DNA of 64,000 nt, taken from Eledone cirrhosa (Eukaryota). Made by a program: the position numbers and the translations under genes. The DNA is taken from assembly GCA_964016885.1 (NCBI GenBank), contig OZ024750.1, forward strand, positions 30,070,001-30,134,000, given 5' to 3'. Positions 56,302 through 64,000 of the stretch are shown here, one piece after another (the first letter of the stretch is position 1; every line of letters starts with the position of its first letter). The notes beneath the pieces were generated by a model. That model made no database searches. It saw only the letters and a list, made by a program, of their open reading frames with translations, and was not told where the DNA came from.

Positions 56302-57323
56302 TATACAAATATCATCATCATCACTGTTTAATGTCCATTTTTCCAGCATGGGTTAGACGAGTGGTCCTGTTGTGAGCAGTGTTAGGTCAGGGGGCCATGT
56401 CATGCTTATACACAACCCATTTTGGCTTGGTTTGTACAGCTGGATGCCCTTCCTTACGCCAACCTCATGGCCCTTTATATTCTGAGTTCAATTCCCGCCG
56501 AGGTTAACTTTGCCTTTCATCCTTACGGGGTCGATAAAATAAAGTACCAGTAATACACTGAGATAATTGCTGGCCAAAAGTAGAAACACATATTATTATT
56601 GTTCAGGGGAAAGAAGAAAGGATTTCATGTGAAATAATTGAAATAATTGAAATAATTGTTTCTACTTTTGGCACAAGGCCAGCAATTACCCAGTGCATTA
56701 CTGGTACTTTATTTTATCTACCCCGTAAGGATGAAAGGCAAAGTTAACCTTGGTGGGATTTGAACTCAGACCGTAAAGGGACGTAACTATGCTGGAAAGC
56801 ATGGCGTCCGACCTTCTACCGATACTGCCAATCCCCCTAATTGAAATAATTGTTTCTATTGAAATAATTGTTTCTATTTTAGGCACAAGGCCAGCAATTA
56901 CCCAGTACATTACTGGTACTTTATTTTATCGACCCCGTAAGGATGAAAGGCAAAGTTAGAGAGAAAGAGAGAAGAGAAGTGCCATAGAATACTGCAGAAA
57001 TGGTAAATATAAAAGACAAAGAATGGTGGTGCTGATAGTGGAGGGGTGATGGTGGTTGTGGTGTGGTGATGGTAGTGGTGGTGAGGGTGGCGATGGTCAT
57101 GGAGGTGATGATGGTGATGGTAGTGGCGGTGATGATAATGGCGGTGGTGATGGTTTACAATGGTAGTGGTGGTGAGGGTGACAATGGTGATGCAGGTGGT
57201 GGTGCTAGTGATGGTGGTAATGGTGGTAGTGATGATGGTGATGTGAATAAATAATGATGATGATAATTATGAAGCCAACAGAATTCAGAATCAGTATATA
57301 CGTATGTATATGTGTGTGTGTAA

Positions 57324-57409
<86 letters not shown>

Positions 57410-57702
57410 GTGTGTGCATGTGTATGTGTGTTTGTGTGTATGTATATAATAAAATATTTGGTTGTAGCTGAACAAAATATTCCATTAATGTTAGGAAGAA
57501 GAAGTAAGCAGAATTGGTAAACTTGAAAACATCTCCTCTAATGGAATCCTGAAGTTTTGTCAGTGATGCTACTTCAAGGAGAACCAAATCTCCATGTAAA
57601 AGAGAAGTCACTTAATGGCGCTTGCTTTGATAAGAACCAAATAGCTTTTAAAGACAAATATTTTATTGCTGACTTGCTCTATCAATCTTTGTTATTATTA
57701 TT

Positions 57703-58560
57703 ATGGCGGTGGATTGGCAGAATCGGTAGAGGATCGGGTGCTATGCTTTGCAGCATTGAGTAACGCCATTTACAGTCTGAGTTCAAATCCCGCCGAGGTT
57801 AACTTTGCCTTTCATCCTTACGGGGTCAATAAAATATAGTACCAGTAATACACTGGGTAATTGCTGGCCTTGTGCCAAAAAGTAGAAACAATTATTACTA
57901 TCATTATTTGGATTGGCAGTATCGGTAGAGGGTCGGACGCCATATTTGACGCATAGAGTTACGGCCCTTGCCATTCTGAGTTCAAATCCCGCCGAGGTTA
58001 ACTTTGCCTTTCATCCTTACGGGGTCGATAAAATAAAGTACCAGTAATGTACTGGGTAATTGCTAGCCTTGTGCCAAAAGTAGAAACAATTATTATTTTT
58101 AGGGTGGTGGGCTGGCAGGATGATAGGTCGGTAGAGCATTGGATGATATGTTCTGTGGCATAGAGTTACGACCCTTTACGTTTTCAGTTCAAATCCCGCT
58201 GAGGTTAACCTTGCCTTTCATCCTTACGGGGTCAATAAGATAAAGCACCAGTAATGAACTGGGGATGATTTAATCGACCCCCCCCCCCCCCCCCCCGAAT
58301 TGTTGGCCTTGTGCCTAAATCAGAAACCAGTTTTATTTGGCAGTATCGGTAGAAAGTCGGACGCCATGCTTTGCAGCATAGAGTTACGGCCCTTTATGAT
58401 CTGAGTTCAAATCCCGCCGAGGTTAACTTTGCCTCTCATCGTTAAGGGGGTCGATAAAATAAAGTACCAGTAATACACTGGGGTCAATTTCATCGACTTT
58501 CCTCTCCCCCAAAATTGCTGGCCTTGTGCCTATATAAGAAACCATTATTATTATTATTAT
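57703..58560 (+). mobile_element. Tandem array of four SINE B copies
   Basis: Repeated GTTCAAATCCCGCCGAGGTTAAC bodies separated by ATT tails. Confidence 0.85.
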
Positions 58561-58658
58561 TATTTCTGTGGAGCCACGGTTTACGGACTTAATTCATTCC
58601 TGAAGGCCGTTCGTCACCAGAAATGTTCGTAAACCAAAACTATTTTTCTATAAGAAAT

Positions 58659-58711
<53 letters not shown>

Positions 58712-58999
58712 GTGTGTAAAAGATAGATAGATATCACCATAGTAGCTAATTACACAGCAAGTGATACTTTCCTGCTGATACTCCCAGCTTGTTGCCAACT
58801 GTTGTTGTTGGCTTGTGTGTTTGTTACTCAAGACACCATTCATGAACTGAGATGTTTTATCATCATCATCATCATCGATTAATGTCTATCTTCCACGCTG
58901 GCATAGGTTAGTTGGGTTTGTCCCATTTAGAGGCAAGCTGGGTCAGGTGATAGTGTCTGGCTCATATAGGAGAGTTTCTGGCTGGATGCCCTTCCGAAT

Positions 59000-60135
59000 G
59001 CCAACCACATTGACAGTGTATGCTGGGTGCTTTTTGCCGTGTCTTTTACACATCCACTTTACAATGTGGGTTGGATGCTTTTTACTGTGTCTTTTACACG
59101 TCCACTTTACAGTGTGGGCTGGGGGCTTTTTGCTGTGTCTTTTACACGTCCACTTTACAGTGTGGGTTGGATGCTTTTTACTGTGTCTTCTACACAACCA
59201 CTTTACAGTGTGGGCTGGGGGTTTTTTGCTGTGTCTTTTACACGTCCACTTTACAGTGTGGGTTGGATGCTTTTTACTGTGTCTTCTACACAACCACTTT
59301 ACAGTGTGGGCTGGGGGTTTTTTGCTGTGTCTTTTACACGTCCACTTTACAGTGTGGGTTGGATGCTTTTTACTGTGTCTTCGACACATCCACTTTACAG
59401 TGTGGGCTGGGTGCTTTTTACTGTGTCTTTTACACGTCCACTTTACAGTGTGGGCTGGGGGTTTTTTGCTGTGTCTTTTACACGTCCACTTTACAGTGTG
59501 GGTTGGATGCTTTTTACTGTGTCTTCTACACATCCACTTTACAGTGTGGATTGGGTGTTTTTTGCCGTGTCTTTTACACGTCCACTTTACAGTGTGGGCT
59601 GGGGGTTTTTTGCTGTGTCTTTTACACATCCACTTTACAGTGTGGGCTGGGGGTTTTTTACTGTGTCTTTTACACGTCCACTTTACAGTGTGGGCTGGGG
59701 GTTTTTTGCTGTCTTTTACATGTCCACTTTACAGTGTGGGCTGGGTGCTTTTTGCCGTGTCTTTTACACGTCCACTTTACAGTGTGGGTTGGATGCTTTT
59801 TACTGTGTCTTTTACACGTCCACTTTACAGTGTGGGTTGGATGCTTTTTACTGTGTCTTTTACACGTCCACTTTACAGTGTGGGCTGGGTGCTTTTTGCC
59901 GTATCTTTTACACATCCACTTTACAGTGTGGGCTGGGTGATTTTTGCCATATCTTTTACACGTCCACTTTACAGTGTGGATTGGATGTTTTTTACCGTGT
60001 CTTTTACACGTCCACTTTACAGTGTGGGCTGGGTGTTTTTTACTGTGTCTTCTACACATCCACTTTACAGTGTCAGCTGGGTGTTTTTTACTGTGTCTTC
60101 TACACATCCACTTTACAGTGTGGGCTGGGTGTTTT
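59000..60135. repeat. 48-bp minisatellite derived from a SINE internal segment, about 23 copies
   Basis: Unit CCACTTTACAGTGTGGGCTGGGTGCTTTTTACTGTGTCTTTTACACGT, contiguous with a SINE tail at 58860-59000. Confidence 0.95.
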
Positions 60136-60649
60136 ATGTTCAGAAAAAATGTTTGCGAACCATTTTGTTTGTGATGAGAGTTGTTCGGGAACTGATGTTC
60201 CACTGTATACTAAGTAGAAACATTTTAAAAGGAGCAGTTTTATATAATAAAACTAGGGATGCTTTGGACAGGTTGGGTGATACTAAAAGGGTCAAACACT
60301 GTGAGGGGACACAAGAAACATGATTCTGTCCATGTAACAGTTGGTCAGGAGGTTAATAAATGGTCAAGTTGAAACATGTCAATCATAAGTGGAATGACAG
60401 TAGAGGTACATTGATGATGAGGGGGGAGGGCAAGAGAGGAGGGGAGGAAGAGGACTATGTGATAGGAATGGCAGTAAAGATAAGGAGATGATGATGATGG
60501 AAGAGAAGGAGGAGGAAGAGGAATAATATGTGATAGGAAGAGGAGGGGGAATATGTGAAAGGAATGACGGTAAGAATGTGGAAAGGGAGGAAGAGGAGGA
60601 GGGTGTGATATAAATAACAGTAAGGATGTGCAGAGGGAGGGGGAGGGGG

Positions 60650-63600
60650 AGGAGGAAGTGCTAGAAATAACAGTAAGGATGTGGAGAAGGGAGAGCAGGA
60701 GGAGGAAGTGCTAGAAATGACAGTAAGGATGTGGAGAAGGGGGAGCAGGAGGAGGAAGTGCTAGAAATGAGAGTAAGGATGTGGAGAAGGGGGAGCAGGA
60801 GGAGGAAGTGCTAGAAATGAGAGTAAGGATGTGGAGAAGGGGGAGGGGGAGGAGGAGGAGGAAGTGCTAGAAATGACAGTAAGGGTGTGGAGAAGGGGGA
60901 GCAGGAGGAGGAAGTGCTAGAAATGACAGTAAGGATGTGGAGAAGGGGGAGAAGGAGGAGGAAGTGCTAGAAATGACAGTAAGGATGTGGAGAAGGGGGA
61001 GCAGGAGGAGGAAGTGCTAGAAATGACAGTAAGGATGTGGAGAAGGGGGAGCAGGAGGAGGAAGTGCTAGAAATGAGAGTAAGGATGTGGAGAAGGGGGA
61101 GCAGGAGGAGGAAGTGCTAGAAATGAGAGTAAGGATGTGGAGAAGGGGGAGCAGGAGGAGGAAGTGCTAGAAATGAGAGTAAGGATGTGGAGAAGGAGGA
61201 GCGGGAGGAGGAAGTGCTAGAAATGAGAGTAAGGATGTGGAGAAGGGGGAGCAGGAGGAGGAAGTGCTAGAAATGAGAGTAAGGATGTGGAGAAGGGGGA
61301 GCAGGAGGAGGAAGTGCTAGAAATGAGAGTAAGGATGTGGAGAAGGGGGAGGGGGAGGAGGAGGAGGAAGTGCTAGAAATGACAGTAAGGGTGTGGAGAA
61401 GGGGGAGCAGGAGGAGGAAGTGCTAGAAATGACAGTAAGGATGTGGAGAAGGGGGAGAAGGAGGAGGAAGTGCTAGAAATGACAGTAAGGATGTGGAGAA
61501 GGGGGAGCAGGAGGAGGAAGTGCTAGAAATGACAGTAAGGATGTGGAGAAGGGGGAGCAGGAGGAGGAAGTGCTAGAAATGAGAGTAAGGATGTGGAGAA
61601 GGGGGAGCAGGAGGAGGAAGTGCTAGAAATGAGAGTAAGGATGTGGAGAAGGGGGAGCAGGAGGAGGAAGTGCTAGAAATGAGAGTAAGGATGTGGAGAA
61701 GGAGGAGCGGGAGGAGGAAGTGCTAGAAATGAGAGTAAGGATGTGGAGAAGGGGGAGCAGGAGGAGGAAGTGCTAGAAATGAGAGTAAGGATGTGGAGAA
61801 GGGGGAGCAGGAGGAGGAAGTGCTAGAAATGAGAGTAAGGATGTGGAGAAGGGGGAGAAGGAGGAGGAAGTGCTAGAAATGACAGTAAGGATGTGGAGAA
61901 GAGGGAGGGGGAGGAGGAAGTGCTAGAAATGAGAGTAAGGATGTGGAGAAGGGGGAGCAGGAGGAGGAAGTGCTAGAAATGAGAGTAAGGATGTGGAGAA
62001 GGGGGAGCGGGAGGAGGAAGTGCTAGAAATGACAGTAAGGATGTGGAGAAGGGGGAGCAGGAGGAGGAAGTGCTAGAAATGACAGTAAGGATGTGGAGAA
62101 GGGGGAGCAGGAGGAGGAAGTGCTAGAAATGAGAGTAAGGATGTGGAGAAGGGGGAGCAGGAGGAGGAAGTGCTAGAAATGAGAGTAAGGATGTGGAGAA
62201 GAGGGAGGGGGAGGAGGAAGTGCTAGAAATAACAGTAAGGATGTGGAGAAGAGGGAGGGGGAGGAGGAAGTGCTAGAAATAACAGTAAGGATGTGGAGAA
62301 GGGGGAGCAGGAGGAGGAAGTGCTAGAAATGAGAGTAAGGATGTGGAGAAGGGGGAGGGGGAGGAGGAAGTGCTAGAAATGACAGTAAGGATGTGGAGAA
62401 GGGGGAGCGGGAGGAGGAAGTGCTAGAAATGACAGTAAGGATGTGGAGAAGGGGGAGCAGGAGGAGGAAGTGCTAGAAATGAGAGTAAGGATGTGGAGAA
62501 GGGGGAGCGGGAGGAGGAAGTGCTAGAAATGAGAGTAAGGATGTGGAGAAGAGGGAGGGGGAGGAGGAATTGCTAGAAATGACAGTAAGGATGTGGAGAA
62601 GAGGGAGGGGGAGGAGGAAGTGCTAGAAATGAGAGTAAGGATGTGGAGAAGGGGGAGCAGGAGGAGGAAGTGCTAGAAATGACAGTAGGGATGTGGAGAA
62701 GGGGGAGCAGGAGGAGGAAGTGCTAGAAATGAGAGTAAGGATGTGGAGAAGGGGGAGAAGGAGGAGGAAGTGCTAGAAATGAGAGTAAGGATGTGGAGAA
62801 GGGGGAGAAGGAGGAGGAAGTGCTAGAAATGAGAGTAAGGATGTGGAGAAGGGGGAGCAGGAGGAGGAAGTGCTAGAAATGAGAGTAAGGATGTGGAGAA
62901 GGGGGAGCAGGAGGAGGAAGTGCTAGAAATAACAGTAAGGATGTGGAGAAGAGGGAGGGGGAGGAGGAGGAGGAAGTGCTAGAAATGACAGTAAGGGTGT
63001 GGAGAAGGGGGAGCAGGAGGAGGAAGTGCTAGAAATGACAGTAGGGATGTGGAGAAGGGGGAGCAGGAGGAGGAAGTGCTAGAAATGAGAGTAAGGATGT
63101 GGAGAAGGGGGAGAAGGAGGAGGAAGTGCTAGAAATGACAGTAAGGATGTGGAGAAGAGGGAGGGGGAGGAGGAAGTGCTAGAAATGACAGTAAGGGTGT
63201 GGAGAAGGGGGAGCAGGAGGAGGAAGTGCTAGAAATGACAGTAGGGATGTGGAGAAGGGGGAGCAGGAGGAGGAAGTGCTAGAAATGAGAGTAAGGATGT
63301 GGAGAAGAGGGAGGGGGAGGAGGAAGTGCTAGAAATGACAGTAAGGATGTGGAGAAGGGGGAGCAGGAGGAGGAAGTGCTAGAAATGAGAGTAAGGATGT
63401 GGAGAAGAGGGAGGGGGAGGAGGAAGTGCTAGAAATGACAGTAGGGATGTGGAGAAGGGGGAGCAGGAGGAGGAAGTGCTAGAAATGAGAGTAAGGATGT
63501 GGAGAAGAGGGAGGGGGAGGAGGAAGTGCTAGAAATGACAGTAAGGGTGTGGAGAAGGGGGAGCAGGAGGAGGAAGTGCTAGAAATGACAGTAGGGATGT

Positions 63601-64000
63601 GGAGAAGGGGGAGCAGGAGGAGGAAGTGCTAGAAATGAGAGTAAGGATGTGGAGAAGAGGGAGGGGGAGGAGGAAGTGCTAGAAATGACAGTAGGGATGT
63701 GGAGAAGGGGGAGCAGGAGAAGGAAGTGCTAGAAATGACAGTAGGGATGTGGAGAAGGGGGAGCAGGAGGAGGAAGTGCTAGAAATGACAGTAGGGATGT
63801 GGAGAAGGGGGAGCAGGAGGAGGAAGTGCTAGAAATGAGAGTAGGGATGTGGAGAAGGGGGAGCAGGAGGAGGAAGTGCTAGAAATGAGAGTAAGGATGT
63901 GGAGAAGAGGGAGGGGGAGGAGGAAGTGCTAGAAATGACAGTAAGGGTGTGGAGAAGGGGGAGCAGGAGGAGGAAGTGCTAGAAATGACAGTAGGGATGT
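60650..64000. repeat. 50-bp purine-rich satellite, at least 65 copies, running off the window end
   Basis: Unit AGGAGGAGGAAGTGCTAGAAATGAGAGTAAGGATGTGGAGAAGGGGGAGC. Confidence 0.98.

Noticed and set aside
57490-57690. Non-repetitive stretch with a short minus-strand ORF (MTSLLHGDLV...)
   Set aside because: No convincing splice sites or recognisable motif; the ORF runs into a (CA)n repeat.
58738-58847. Possible upstream exon (MNGVLSNKHTSQQQQ...) on minus
   Set aside because: The apparent donor is phase 1 in that frame, incompatible with the phase-0 exon at 47753. It could be UTR but is unsupported.
58943-60323. Long ORFs of 228-458 aa in several frames
   Set aside because: Products of a 48-bp SINE-derived tandem repeat; open on both strands, with no splice or domain evidence.

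Overview
AT-rich, microsatellite-laden eukaryotic (metazoan) genomic DNA. The repeat landscape suggests an octopus-type cephalopod, but that is inference. One spliced protein-coding gene is supported on the minus strand by four phase-0 GT-AG exons (47649-47753, 43203-45512, 34240-34341, 26072-26374). It encodes about 939 aa: a long Ser/Thr/Gln-rich region, a divergent PDZ-like domain, a short coiled-coil-like segment and a C-terminal EFVV. The rest is mostly repeats: two abundant SINE superfamilies, RTE- and CR1-type LINE remnants, a deleted DD37D (maT-type) Tc1/mariner, piggyBac-like and hAT-like MITEs, and several minisatellites. The most notable signal is a set of short elements embedded in (TA)n tracts. 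They carry type I hammerhead ribozyme motifs with palindromic stem III, resemble 3' ends of Penelope-like retroelements, and repeatedly occur as head-to-head palindromes. One such pair sits at the centre of a 3.5-kb near-perfect inverted duplication of flanking intron DNA. Almost all ORFs in the supplied track are translations of repeats.
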